This document shows positions 46,068-56,287 of a DNA stretch of 58,798 bases, one piece after another. Below the pieces are notes generated by a model that searched no databases, had not been told where the DNA came from, and saw only the letters and a list, made by a program, of their open reading frames with translations. The position numbers and the translations under genes are program-made. Positions within the stretch are counted from its first letter, which is position 1. Each line of letters starts with the position of its first letter. The DNA comes from an uncultured Clostridia bacterium. GTDB taxonomy: Bacteria; Bacillota; Clostridia; Christensenellales; CAMQZB01. Location: positions 1 to 58,798 of the forward strand of contig CAZIPL010000005.1 of assembly GCA_964541255.1 (NCBI GenBank), written 5' to 3'.

Positions 46068-46141
46068 TATTAAAGCCGCAATCCTGATGTGAACCCCAAA
46101 GACTTTAGGAGGTGCATTTCGGTTTTTATGCGGCTTTAATA
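46068..46141. repeat. 13-bp inverted repeat enclosing an IS3-end-like sequence
   Basis: TATTAAAGCCGCA ... TGCGGCTTTAATA around TGATGTGAACCCCAAAG-A-CTTTAGGAGGTGCATTTC. Confidence 0.4.
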
Positions 46142-46260
46142 TTATTCTTGTATTCTTATCCATTGAAGAGCTTGGGTTTTTAGCAAATCTTATCGTATTA
46201 TGAGAAGTTACTCACGGATTTTACAAATTGATTGCCAATAAAACTCAATTCCGAACATTT

Positions 46261-48147
46261 TTAACGAACGGAATCGGCTATCTTTTTGAAGTTTGCAATA
46301 CTTTCCTCCATGCCGTGGATCTTGTTTCTTGCGATCCAAAGCTTCGGATGAACGTTTGCGATTTCTTCATATAGCATAACAAGCTCTTCCCCGAACGCTT
46401 TTCTTTGCTCGTCGGAGATATTCTCTCCGTGCGCGTTTAGGTGATGAACGATGTTTCCGAATTTTGCGAATCTAACGGTGTTTTCAAGCTCTAAATATAT
46501 AAGCTCTTTTTGAGGCGCTTTGATTTTCGCTTTCGACAAGTCTTCTTCTATCTCTGCAATGTTTTTCATAACGGACTCGAAATCGAATTCCTTGACATCC
46601 TGAAGAAGCGAACCGAGAATTCCCGAAGAACTCGGAGCAATCGTTTCGATGTCCTTGACCGCATTTTTCAAAATCATAGGGAACACGCCGTTTGGGAGCA
46701 AGCCCATCGACATACTAATCGAGGCAATCGTCATATTGACCATAGGAATTTCCTCGAAGCGGTTCAGTCTTCCGAGCTTTGCGACTATTCTTGCGGCATT
46801 GCCCGTTTCGTCTTCGAATATATAGCGATTGACGTAATCTACCGTTTCGTCCTCCGTTACGTCGGTATTACCCCACGAGCAAGACGCAGCGTGCGCGATC
46901 GCGTTGTTACTCAAAATCTCATATTCGACATGTCCGCCGTCGCCCCAAGCGGTAACCAAAACGCCCTCGCCGCCGTGCGCCATGGCTGCATTTGCGGCGT
47001 TTCTGATGTTTTCGAGCATATTATCCGTTCTGCCGTAAAGAGTCGTCCATGTGGACGTCCCCGGGCAAAGAATGAACGGCACTTTCTTTTCCTCTAAGCT
47101 CGCGGCGTTTTTGTCAAAAGGCGTGCATGCATCATATCCCCAATCGAGAACAGTGATGTTTTCAGGAAGCTCGGAAAGCGTTTCGGGGTGATTTGCCAAA
47201 ATATCTCCCCACATATACATATGTTTACCTCTTTTCGAGACCATTTCGTGGAGTCTCTTTAAGTAATCCATATATAAATACGCTTCGCCCTTTTCTTCGG
47301 CGACAGCTTTATTCTTGCCTCTTCCGAGCTCGAACGGTTCGTCGAGGTTGACGTTGAACTTATTCGAAGTAAAATTCGGCAAAAGGTCGTCCGTCATCTT
47401 GGTAACAAGCTCCAAGCTTTCGGGATCGAGAGCGTCGAGCGTACTTACGGGCATATAGCTTCCCATAATCTCTCTGCCCTTATCCGTTTCAGCCAAATGC
47501 TTAAACTCGTCTCTTGCAAGCCATGCAGCCATATGTCCGAGGCAGTTTTGGTTAGGGACAAGTTCGATTTCTCTTTCTTTGCAATACTTGTCGAGATACC
47601 TCACCTCTTCGCCGGTTATCGGCGTAACGTCTTTCCACACTTCCGCAAAAGAGGGATATGCAAACGAAAAGCCCTCGACATAAAGCTGAAGCTGGTTGTA
47701 TTTAAGCATAGCCAATCTGTCTACGTATCCGCATAAATCGTCAAGCGTCGGCACCTTTCCGCGGCTTATATCGAGCATATATCCGCGAACCTTTAACGAC
47801 GGCTCATCCTCTATTTCAAGGCACGGAAGCTGTTCTCCGCCCTCCGAAAGAAGCTGTCCGAGCGTTACCGCGCCGTAAAATCCGCCCCTTCTCGCAGAGC
47901 AGAAAATCTCGACGCCGTTTTCGGATACGGAAATTCTGTATGCTTCTTCGTTAAGCGTTTTATCTTCGCAAAAACGCACGTCCGCATTGTCGCAAACAAG
48001 CTCGAAATCGCGTCTTAACGCTTCATTCAAAACAGACTTTAACGAAGTCGAAAGCTCGCACGCCTTCACCGTTATTGGTGTCGAAACGACATAAACGCCC
48101 TCTTTTTCAACTACTTTTTTCGGTCTTGGATATAAATTCAATTTCAT
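46261..48147 (-). CDS. GH20-like glycoside hydrolase (beta-N-acetylhexosaminidase-like)
   Basis: GH20b N-domain (EEAYRISV), RGYMLDISRGKVP, LVPNQNCLGH, NLDEPFELG catalytic DE, MWGD, WGY, AWGDGGH. Confidence 0.85.
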   Translation of the reverse strand: MKLNLYPRPKKVVEKEGVYVVSTPITVKACELSTSLKSVLNEALRRDFELVCDNADVRFCEDKTLNEEAYRISVSENGVEIFCSARRGGFYGAVTLGQLLSEGGEQLPCLEIEDEPSLKVRGYMLDISRGKVPTLDDLCGYVDRLAMLKYNQLQLYVEGFSFAYPSFAEVWKDVTPITGEEVRYLDKYCKEREIELVPNQNCLGHMAAWLARDEFKHLAETDKGREIMGSYMPVSTLDALDPESLELVTKMTDDLLPNFTSNKFNVNLDEPFELGRGKNKAVAEEKGEAYLYMDYLKRLHEMVSKRGKHMYMWGDILANHPETLSELPENITVLDWGYDACTPFDKNAASLEEKKVPFILCPGTSTWTTLYGRTDNMLENIRNAANAAMAHGGEGVLVTAWGDGGHVEYEILSNNAIAHAASCSWGNTDVTEDETVDYVNRYIFEDETGNAARIVAKLGRLNRFEEIPMVNMTIASISMSMGLLPNGVFPMILKNAVKDIETIAPSSSGILGSLLQDVKEFDFESVMKNIAEIEEDLSKAKIKAPQKELIYLELENTVRFAKFGNIVHHLNAHGENISDEQRKAFGEELVMLYEEIANVHPKLWIARNKIHGMEESIANFKKIADSVR

Positions 48148-48308
48148 AACCTTTCCTCCTTATTGTCAATAATTAACTCTTTCGACTTTTTGTTTTAGTC
48201 AAAAAGCGTAAGATAATAAAAATAGCAATTAAACAATCAAAAACGCCTTTTATTCAAAGCTCGTCAGCTATATTATAGCACGGTTTTTACTTTTTTCAAG
48301 AGGTAATT

Positions 48309-49430
48309 TTATCGTTGTTTGATTTCTCGTATCGTTTGAACCATATAATTCAAAAGCTTACGCTTGCCCTCGCAATATCTGTTGAGCGTAACCTCTCCGT
48401 GCACGTCTCTTTCCCTTCTGCAACCGCCCATGCATAGCCCTGCCACCTCACACGTTTTGCATTTATCCTCGACCTTAAAGGATGCCTTGACAAACTTATC
48501 CGCGTTTTTCGAAAGAGCAAGCTCCTCGAGATCGTTTTCGTTGATGTTGCCGAGCAAATATTCATCCTCGCAATAAAAGTCGCAAGGATAGCAATTGCCG
48601 TTCCCCTCAACGACAAGATTGACCGTACAATAGCCCTTCATTCCGCATATCTCGGGAGTTCCGCCCGACATAAGAGTTAAGATATTTTCGAACGATCTGA
48701 CGTAAACGTCCTCGCCCGACATAATGTCCTTTATGTATTCGTCGAAAATGCTCTTATAATAATTGAAATATTCTTCGTTGTTCATTGCAAAGCCCGACGT
48801 AAAAGGCTCTACGTCAAAAGGCTCGAGGCAGTCTATGAACTGCATATAATTTATTCCCTGAGCTTTGAAGAATCTATATGTTTCTCTCCCCTTTTTCGAA
48901 GAAAGCTTGTTCGCTACGATAAGCGCGTTGAACTTGACGTTATGCTTTTTCAAAAGATCTATGCCTTGCATAACCTTGTTGAACGAGCCTTTCCCCGTGC
49001 TTGTCAATCGATTTGCGTTATGAAGATCGGCTTTGCCGTCGATAGATACGCCTATAAGAAAGTCATTTTTACCGTAAAACGCAGCCATTTCGTCCGTAAT
49101 CATCGTGCCGTTGGTCTGCAAAGAATATGTTATCGCCGCTTTTTTGACGTTGACTTTTTGACAATACTCAACAAAATCCTCGAAAAACTCAAGCGGGCAT
49201 ACCGTCGGTTCGCCCCCTTGGAACGCGAAATTCACGCTTCCGCCGTCTGCAAAAGCAAGGGCTTTGTCAATAAGGTTATGAGACGTTTCCGTCGTCATAA
49301 GACCGAACGACTTAACTTCCCTTAACGACGAAACGTCGTTATAAAAGCAATATTTGCACTTCAAATTGCATGCCGACGATGCCGGCTTAATAAGTATCGT
49401 TATGTGTTTTGCAGACATATCATAAATCAT
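48309..49430 (-). CDS. Anaerobic sulfatase maturase-like radical SAM/SPASM enzyme
   Basis: IKPASSACNLKCKYCFY, FQGGEPT, QTNGT, SIDG, YPCDFY, SPASM cysteines; exact start uncertain (49430 or 49418). Confidence 0.88.
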   Translation of the reverse strand: MIYDMSAKHITILIKPASSACNLKCKYCFYNDVSSLREVKSFGLMTTETSHNLIDKALAFADGGSVNFAFQGGEPTVCPLEFFEDFVEYCQKVNVKKAAITYSLQTNGTMITDEMAAFYGKNDFLIGVSIDGKADLHNANRLTSTGKGSFNKVMQGIDLLKKHNVKFNALIVANKLSSKKGRETYRFFKAQGINYMQFIDCLEPFDVEPFTSGFAMNNEEYFNYYKSIFDEYIKDIMSGEDVYVRSFENILTLMSGGTPEICGMKGYCTVNLVVEGNGNCYPCDFYCEDEYLLGNINENDLEELALSKNADKFVKASFKVEDKCKTCEVAGLCMGGCRRERDVHGEVTLNRYCEGKRKLLNYMVQTIREIKQR

Positions 49431-49520
49431 CCTTATATTTTATATAAAAACAAACCGCGTACTTTTATGTTTTTTTATATATTAAATAATACCAAAACAA
49501 GGAGATTAAAAGCAATCGTT

Positions 49521-50444
49521 ATGACAAAAATAATCAATCTTCACGACGACTTCCCCATCGAGCTTTTTGCAGATAGATTTTACGGCACCGGAAATTTCGA
49601 AAAACGCTTCGATTGGCTTGAAGAAAGTTTTGAAAAAACAATAGGCGCGATATATCTTCCGACAAAATATCGCACTATCCCGCGTTTTCAACAGCGAGCT
49701 TTCGAATACGCAAGACTCGTTTTGAAAGGCAACGATTTTTTATCGAAAGGCGATAGAAAATATTTTCTGTCTTTCGAAGGATTGGACTCTTTCGAAAATA
49801 TCGACGAGGCGGAAAAATATATTGCAAAAGCAGATTTTTTCTCTCTCACATGGATAAGAGAAAACAATTTTGCTTACGGAGTCGGCGAAAAAGGCAATTT
49901 CGTTGACGGTGGCTTGAAAGAAGACGGACGCAAAATCGCCGAGATTATGAAAAACGAAGATCGGCATATCGATGTCAGCCACCTTTGCGACAATGGGGTA
50001 TTAGATCTTACAAAAATGAAATGTCCGATATTTGCATCTCACTCGAACTCCCGAGAGGTTTTCTATTCGAAACGAAACTTAACTCCTTGCCAAATCGAAT
50101 ACATAGCAAATTGCGGCGGCATAATCGGCATAAACGGCTATAAAGGCTTTGTCGGCAAGAAAAACCACTTGAAAAAGCTTTCTGCGCACATTAAGTCCGT
50201 CATAAATTTCGGCGGCGAAGACTGCGTTTCACTCGGGCTTGACGTTTGCGGAAACCTTTTGGGAGATAATTCGGACTGCGACGTTTTGAAAAATATAGCC
50301 GATCTTACGAATTTTTCCGAATATCTTTTATCTCTTGGTTTCACTTCTTCTCTTATCGACAAGATTTTCTTCAAAAACGCCGAACGATTTTTATTAAACG
50401 AGCCAATGTCGTCAAACAAAAAAAACGGCATTGCAGTAAGCTAA
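49521..50444 (+). CDS. Membrane dipeptidase family (peptidase M19)
   Basis: LHDD, SFEG, SLTW, IDVSHL, ASHSN, GGIIGIN, LGLD. Confidence 0.82.
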   Translation: MTKIINLHDDFPIELFADRFYGTGNFEKRFDWLEESFEKTIGAIYLPTKYRTIPRFQQRAFEYARLVLKGNDFLSKGDRKYFLSFEGLDSFENIDEAEKYIAKADFFSLTWIRENNFAYGVGEKGNFVDGGLKEDGRKIAEIMKNEDRHIDVSHLCDNGVLDLTKMKCPIFASHSNSREVFYSKRNLTPCQIEYIANCGGIIGINGYKGFVGKKNHLKKLSAHIKSVINFGGEDCVSLGLDVCGNLLGDNSDCDVLKNIADLTNFSEYLLSLGFTSSLIDKIFFKNAERFLLNEPMSSNKKNGIAVS

Positions 50445-50734
50445 ATCCAAATAATTAACTTAGAACAGCAACGCCGTTGATTATTTATTATTATTTCTTA
50501 TAATAGTTTTTTTCGAAAAAGCTATATAATCCGCAACTAAATATACAGCCGTTTCCAAAAAAAACAATACTTTTCTTTCACTACCAAACCATAGCTTTTT
50601 TTCGTTTATCGAAAAAGCGGTTTTAGGTGATTTTGCTTTTGAGTTATCAAAGCTTAATCCCATCCATTGAAAAACTCAACCGATTGAGACTCAAAGTCGT
50701 TTTTTTCGTGTTTGGTAACGTTACTTTTATATTT

Positions 50735-51946
50735 TCAGCCTTGCTCTTCGTCGGAATTATGTTTTTTCTTTTGAATTGCTATAAGAACTACGATTCCGAT
50801 AATCATAACGATCGGGAACGCAAGAGAGAACAAAACTCCCGTTGCGATGCTGTCGTCGAAAAGCGCAGCCATCATACCTACAAACGTAGGACCTCCCGCG
50901 CAACCGATGTCGCCCGCCAAAGCAAAGAATGCAAACATCGCCGTACCGCCTTTCATCGAAGCCGACGCAAGCGAGAACGTTCCCGGCCACATTATGCCTA
51001 CGGAAAAACCGCAGAGCGCGCAACCGATAAGTCCGAATACGGGATTGTTCGTAAGTCCGATGAGAAGATAGGAAATAACCGTCAAAACGGAGCTTGCTAT
51101 CATAAACGTTTTAAGGTCTATTCTATCGCCAAATTTACCGTAAATTGCTCGGGACGTACCCATGAAAACAGCAAACATCATAGGTCCCAAAAGATCGCCG
51201 AGTGCTTTCGAAACGCCGAGGCCTTTCTCCGCAAAGGTCGAAGCCCACTGCGAAACGGCTTGCTCGCTGCTTCCCGCGCAGAACATCAAAAGCATAAAGA
51301 GCCAAAAAAGTCCGCTTTTCAAAACCTCTTTGACACTCATTCCCTTTTCGCCCTCCGCCACAAGCGGAGCGATAGGAACCTTAGCAAAGAAAAACAAATT
51401 ACATAACGGCACAATTGCCCAGATAAGAGCCATTATGCGCCAATTTTCTATGCCGAAAAGCTTGAAAAATACCGTCGAAAGAAGAACTACCGCAACGTGT
51501 CCCCAGCAATAAAAAGAATGCAACAAAGACATGGCTTTTTCTTTGTTGTCCGTTGGACAAGCTTCGACTATTGGCGAAACGACAACCTCCAAAAGTCCGC
51601 CACCTATTGCATAAACGGTTACCGCAATCAAAATTCCGACAAACGGATCGGGCAAAACGAAAGGAAGAATCGTCAAAAGAACGAGTCCAAAAAAAGCGAA
51701 TGCGTGCGCCATTATGCTTGATGCGCGATATCCGATTTTGTCTACGAACGTAACGGCAAGCATATCGACAACCATCTGAAGCACAAAGTTAAATGTGATA
51801 AGAAGCGTTATTCTGCTAAGCGGCACGCCGAGACTTTCGTTGAACATAACAAAAAGTAACGGTATGAAGTTGTTTACTATCGCTTGCACGATATAGCCCA
51901 TAAAGCAAGCGACCAACGTGTGATTGTAAGTGAGTTTTTTTGTCAT
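50735..51946 (-). CDS. MFS transporter
   Basis: About 12 hydrophobic segments; VDKIGYR loop, GGGLLEVVVSPIVE, LHSFYCWG. Confidence 0.9.
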   Translation of the reverse strand: MTKKLTYNHTLVACFMGYIVQAIVNNFIPLLFVMFNESLGVPLSRITLLITFNFVLQMVVDMLAVTFVDKIGYRASSIMAHAFAFFGLVLLTILPFVLPDPFVGILIAVTVYAIGGGLLEVVVSPIVEACPTDNKEKAMSLLHSFYCWGHVAVVLLSTVFFKLFGIENWRIMALIWAIVPLCNLFFFAKVPIAPLVAEGEKGMSVKEVLKSGLFWLFMLLMFCAGSSEQAVSQWASTFAEKGLGVSKALGDLLGPMMFAVFMGTSRAIYGKFGDRIDLKTFMIASSVLTVISYLLIGLTNNPVFGLIGCALCGFSVGIMWPGTFSLASASMKGGTAMFAFFALAGDIGCAGGPTFVGMMAALFDDSIATGVLFSLAFPIVMIIGIVVLIAIQKKKHNSDEEQG

Positions 51947-52054
51947 TTTATTTCGCCTTTTTATATTCGAATATTTCTCTTCAATTTATCCTATAAAAAT
52001 TAATTGCTTTGCCTATCCATCGAATAGTCGAAGCAATGGATAATCGATTTTTAT

Positions 52055-52537
52055 TTATATAATGTCGCCTAAGATAATCTCCCAGCTTTTAATAAGTTTT
52101 TCTAAGGAATACGCCGCGTTTGCGGGACTTGTTGACGGCAATGAAACGTGAGGGATTTCTAAATCAAAGTATTTTTCGAATAGCTCCGTCGCCTTTTTCC
52201 CGTTCAAGAAAATCTTTTTTATTTTCGATCGTTTGATTATTTCGTCAAGCTCCGACGGTACTTCGTTTTTGATCTTCGAGTCGCTGCTTCCGACTATCTC
52301 GCATTCTTTGATTACGTCATAGACGGCAATTTTGTTTTTTCGCAAAAACGCTTTCTTTTGCTCTACGCTTTTAGGCTCTTTCTCTTCGAAAACGGCAGCC
52401 AAAACTTTCCAAAATCTGTTCTTCTCGTTGCCGTAGAAGAATCCCTCTTCGCGAGATTTGACAGACGGAAAACTTCCTAAAATCAGCATCTTAGAATTCT
52501 CGTCGAAAAAGGGCTGGATTTCGTGAACTACTCTCAT
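52055..52537 (-). CDS. DNA-deoxyinosine glycosylase (UDG superfamily)
   Basis: ILGSFPSVKS...FFYG...NRFW, NGKKA, LPSTSPANA. Confidence 0.88.
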   Translation of the reverse strand: MRVVHEIQPFFDENSKMLILGSFPSVKSREEGFFYGNEKNRFWKVLAAVFEEKEPKSVEQKKAFLRKNKIAVYDVIKECEIVGSSDSKIKNEVPSELDEIIKRSKIKKIFLNGKKATELFEKYFDLEIPHVSLPSTSPANAAYSLEKLIKSWEIILGDII

Positions 52538-52938
52538 TTGTTTTTGACGATTATTCTTATCATATCGTCAAGCATATCGGAAACGGAAAGAGCCCTCGTC
52601 CCCGCAATAAGCGTGTGGCATTTGTTGAGAGGAATAAGTATTTTCGTCGCATCCGAACTTCCTACCGCCTCAGCCATTTTCGGCGTGATTTCGCCTAAGA
52701 GCGAATTTGCAATGGCAATACCGATAGGCCCGACGATGTAATCAGCGTTTTTAGAGCAAACAACGACGGAGTTTTCTCCCGTCGCAATGTTGTCCGCTCC
52801 GCCTTTTTGCATAGCGACCGTTGCAAGGGTATTTGTTCCGACCGCCGTCACTTCGGCGTTTTCTACGTTCTTTTTTATCTTTTCCACGATCTCTTTGCCG
52901 AGCTTTCCGCCTTGACCGTCTATAACAAGTATATTCAT
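52534..52938 (-). CDS. DUF3842-family protein
   Basis: VIDGQGGKLG, GTNTLAT, TGEN, GEITPKMA, KILIPLNKC. Confidence 0.85.
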   Translation of the reverse strand: MNILVIDGQGGKLGKEIVEKIKKNVENAEVTAVGTNTLATVAMQKGGADNIATGENSVVVCSKNADYIVGPIGIAIANSLLGEITPKMAEAVGSSDATKILIPLNKCHTLIAGTRALSVSDMLDDMIRIIVKNK

Positions 52939-53057
52939 ATTCCACCTCAACGCAATTATAGCAAAACAAAGAATAAAAATAAAGATATTTTAATGGAATA
53001 ATACAAAGAAACCCTTATTTTTAGTTCTTATACATACTTTTATACTTATAAATAAAT

Positions 53058-53087
53058 TAAGCCAACGCTTATTAGCGTTGGCTTAAA
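53058..53087. terminator. Perfect 12-bp hairpin after the membrane hydrolase gene
   Basis: TTAAGCCAACGC-TTATTA-GCGTTGGCTTAA. Confidence 0.65.
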
Positions 53088-53105
53088 ATACATTTTTACA
53101 GACGG

Positions 53106-54611
53106 TCAGCCCTTAGTCATATCATCGGCAAATCTTATAAAGTAATAATCGCAAAGCTGTCCCCAAACACCGTAATAGTTAGTGTTTGCACCGTGCATTC
53201 CGTAGCGAAGTTCGATATTTGCAGAAGGCACACCGAGTGTATATAAAACGCCTTCCATCATATTCTGGCCTTGAACGGAACCGTCATGCGTAGCATCTAC
53301 AAATAATATCGGTGGTAAATCTTCGTTAAGTTCGTCAAGCGAAACAATTCTTTCGTTTCCCTCTCTCATAAATACGTCGTTCATAAAGCCCCAGAAAATA
53401 ACGGCGCCTTTAATTTCAACTTTGTTATAAAGATCGAAATAGCTGTTATTAGACCATGCGACGCAAGTTTTGAGAGTCATTTTTCCGCCTCTCGACGCAC
53501 CCGAGATAATTATATTATCGGTATCTATCGAAAGAACGTCCTTGTTTTCGTATAAATAATTCAAAAACTCGCATATGTTTTTCGTAAGCTCGTCATTACT
53601 CGGTTTAACTTTTTCATTACCATAGTTGATATCGAAAACGGTGTAGCCGTTCGACGCTAAAGATTCGCTCATAAGAGCATTGTTTCTAACACCCTTTTTA
53701 CCGCCGCTTCCGTGCATTCTGATTATTACGGGAGTGATCTCTTCGCAATTTTCGGGTTTGTACATGTCGTACGTTAGATCGTAATCATTGCCGTCATAAA
53801 CCATAGTCATATATTTTTGGTCTTTCACTACGGTATATCCCGACTCTGTATTTCCGAAAACCGTTTCGGGAAGCGAATACACAAACTTTTCGTCTTCCCC
53901 TCCGAAAACTCTGACATACTCGGCATTAGCATTTTCCGCCGTATCGGCAGCGGCAAACACGGGAATAAACGAACCGATAAAAGTAATAAGCATTACGCCG
54001 ACTACTATTTTAGGCAACAACTTTAATCCTCTCGTCCTAAGTCTTCGATATAAACCCAAACTTGCGGAATACGCCAATATCGAGAGAAGGCTCGTGAAAC
54101 CTATCAAATAATTTAGCGCCGAGGACATTGTAAGCTCCGATTCTATGAGCGTATAGTAATTAAAGACCAAAAATACACCCATAGCAAGCACATAGAACAA
54201 CAAATAAAATATCAATCCGACAATATTTGCGGGTTTATTCTCTTTTTGCGGATATTTATCCGAAAAAAGATAGTATGCGTGCATTGCAGAAAAAAGGTAA
54301 TATAGAACGGCAAATATTTCTATCGATATCCCCATTGCACTGCTATCCGTATTCGTTGCAAGCAATGCACACATTTGAGTAAGAATAACAGGTGCCATCA
54401 TCGCTATCGTACGAAATATAGCACGCTTTTTTATTTTTACGCATATCGCCATATTTGCAAGCATTGTTGCGTACCATATGACGGCAGCAAAATTGAAAAA
54501 TCCGTTATTAAGTTTAGCAAGATAATATATCGCCACCGTAACGGCGGAAAAAATATTAACTAAGATCAACCAATAATTCGGTTTTTTGATGTACTCTTTT
54601 AAAGTTCCCAT
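53106..54611 (-). CDS. Multi-pass membrane protein fused to a C-terminal alpha/beta hydrolase (esterase-like) domain
   Basis: About 7 N-terminal hydrophobic segments; LTYDMYKP, MHGSGG, VFDINY, SGASRGG (GxSxG), THDGSV, MHG. Confidence 0.75.
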   Translation of the reverse strand: MGTLKEYIKKPNYWLILVNIFSAVTVAIYYLAKLNNGFFNFAAVIWYATMLANMAICVKIKKRAIFRTIAMMAPVILTQMCALLATNTDSSAMGISIEIFAVLYYLFSAMHAYYLFSDKYPQKENKPANIVGLIFYLLFYVLAMGVFLVFNYYTLIESELTMSSALNYLIGFTSLLSILAYSASLGLYRRLRTRGLKLLPKIVVGVMLITFIGSFIPVFAAADTAENANAEYVRVFGGEDEKFVYSLPETVFGNTESGYTVVKDQKYMTMVYDGNDYDLTYDMYKPENCEEITPVIIRMHGSGGKKGVRNNALMSESLASNGYTVFDINYGNEKVKPSNDELTKNICEFLNYLYENKDVLSIDTDNIIISGASRGGKMTLKTCVAWSNNSYFDLYNKVEIKGAVIFWGFMNDVFMREGNERIVSLDELNEDLPPILFVDATHDGSVQGQNMMEGVLYTLGVPSANIELRYGMHGANTNYYGVWGQLCDYYFIRFADDMTKG

Positions 54612-54821
54612 TCTTTTTCTCCTCATAAAATGTTTTTATCAATCGAATTGTATATTCGACATAAACATTTTACATCGCTATAATCAAACAGACTAAAAAA
54701 AATTATACTTTCATATCATTTATTTGCTAATTATGATTTTGAGTATTATAATTTATTGAAATATTTAGTTTTTGATAGTATTATTTTTATAATCCTATGA
54801 AAACCGACGGAGAGATCAAAA

Positions 54822-56060
54822 ATGAACAATCAAGAAAGTAAATACGATTTTTTTCGGAATCTAATTTCTTGCAACTACGACATAAATATCGGGCAATATG
54901 ATAAAGATATGAATCTGATTTCAAGCACCTTATCAGCCTCCACATCATTTGCAGATTCTTTCTTTTCAACAAACGAAAAAGAATACCTCATAAACAAAAT
55001 GAAGTATTCTCCCTCTCCGATTGCTTTATCGGACGAATTCAACACGATTTGCATCGTAGTTCCCGAATATCAAAACGATGTCGTTTCTTTATTGCACGTT
55101 TTGGGACCTGTTCTATCCGCCCCTCCGTCGTCGGCACAAAAAAATGCTTTCATTAAAAAAATCACCGATAAGACGAAAGCATATTCCGACGCAGCGCTTT
55201 TATTCGACTCGCTCCCGATCGTTCCGATAACAAACCTAATTCAATATGCCATCATGCTAAATTATTGCGTTAACGAAACCAAGATTTCGGTAAGCGATTT
55301 CAAATACTATCATCCTACCGAAACGGAAAACGTTCCTCAAACGGAAACGATTGAAAAAATACGTATCCCAAATAATTGTCAATATTCTTATGAATATGAA
55401 AAAGAACTTTCTGAAATGGTCGAAAAAGGGAATATAAACTATTTGAAAAAATCAAGCAAAAAAGATATCCCATATATCAACATAAACTCAAAATTCGAAA
55501 ACGATCCTATTCGAAAAATAAAGAATATGGCGATTATTCTTACACATATTTGCAGCAGAGCGGCAATACAAGGTGGACTCCCCGTCGACGAAAGTTTTAT
55601 TCTTTCTCGCAATTACATTCAACGAATAGAAGACAGTTCAACCGTAACAGACGTTTATGCAACCTCTTACCTATTACAAGAAGACTACATTAAAAGAGTT
55701 CATGCAAGGAAAATAAAGCAAGGTTGTTCTCGTTTTCTCAAAACATGCTACGATTACATAGACTTATACTATCTCGATGAAAACTTCTCATCGAAAAACA
55801 TGGCGGCTCACATAGGCTATTCTCACGTTTATATGTGCAGACGATTCAAAAGCGAAGCGAATAAAAGCATACAAGAATACATAAACGAAAAAAAGCTAGA
55901 ATATTCCAAGCAACTTCTTTTAACTACAACTCGCAGTATCATCAGCATTAGCGAAGAGTTACGTTATTGCTCGCCAAGCTATTACTCGTCGTTGTTTTTC
56001 AAATATACAGGGTTGACGCCGTGCCAATTTAGAGAAAGAAATACAATCACCATTGACTAA
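54822..56060 (+). CDS. AraC-family transcriptional regulator with long N-terminal sensor region
   Basis: SRAAIQGGLP...LSRNYIQRIE; C-terminal MAAHIGYSHVYMCRRFK and ISEELRYCSPSYYSSLF. Confidence 0.88.
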   Translation: MNNQESKYDFFRNLISCNYDINIGQYDKDMNLISSTLSASTSFADSFFSTNEKEYLINKMKYSPSPIALSDEFNTICIVVPEYQNDVVSLLHVLGPVLSAPPSSAQKNAFIKKITDKTKAYSDAALLFDSLPIVPITNLIQYAIMLNYCVNETKISVSDFKYYHPTETENVPQTETIEKIRIPNNCQYSYEYEKELSEMVEKGNINYLKKSSKKDIPYININSKFENDPIRKIKNMAIILTHICSRAAIQGGLPVDESFILSRNYIQRIEDSSTVTDVYATSYLLQEDYIKRVHARKIKQGCSRFLKTCYDYIDLYYLDENFSSKNMAAHIGYSHVYMCRRFKSEANKSIQEYINEKKLEYSKQLLLTTTRSIISISEELRYCSPSYYSSLFFKYTGLTPCQFRERNTITID

Positions 56061-56287
56061 TTACACATAAATTTAACGTATAACAAATGACTTTTCAAAT
56101 ATAAACACTAAACCCTTTTTATCAAATAATAGCTTTGTATTTAAGAAAAAACATACGGATTCGCCCAAAAGTATATTTTCGATATTTTGTCATAAAAGTG
56201 CAGGTAATATTAAAACGTTTTAGACACAACAGATATTAGCATAAAATTATCGACGGATATAATCGTTAGTCTAATTTAAGAAAGGCA

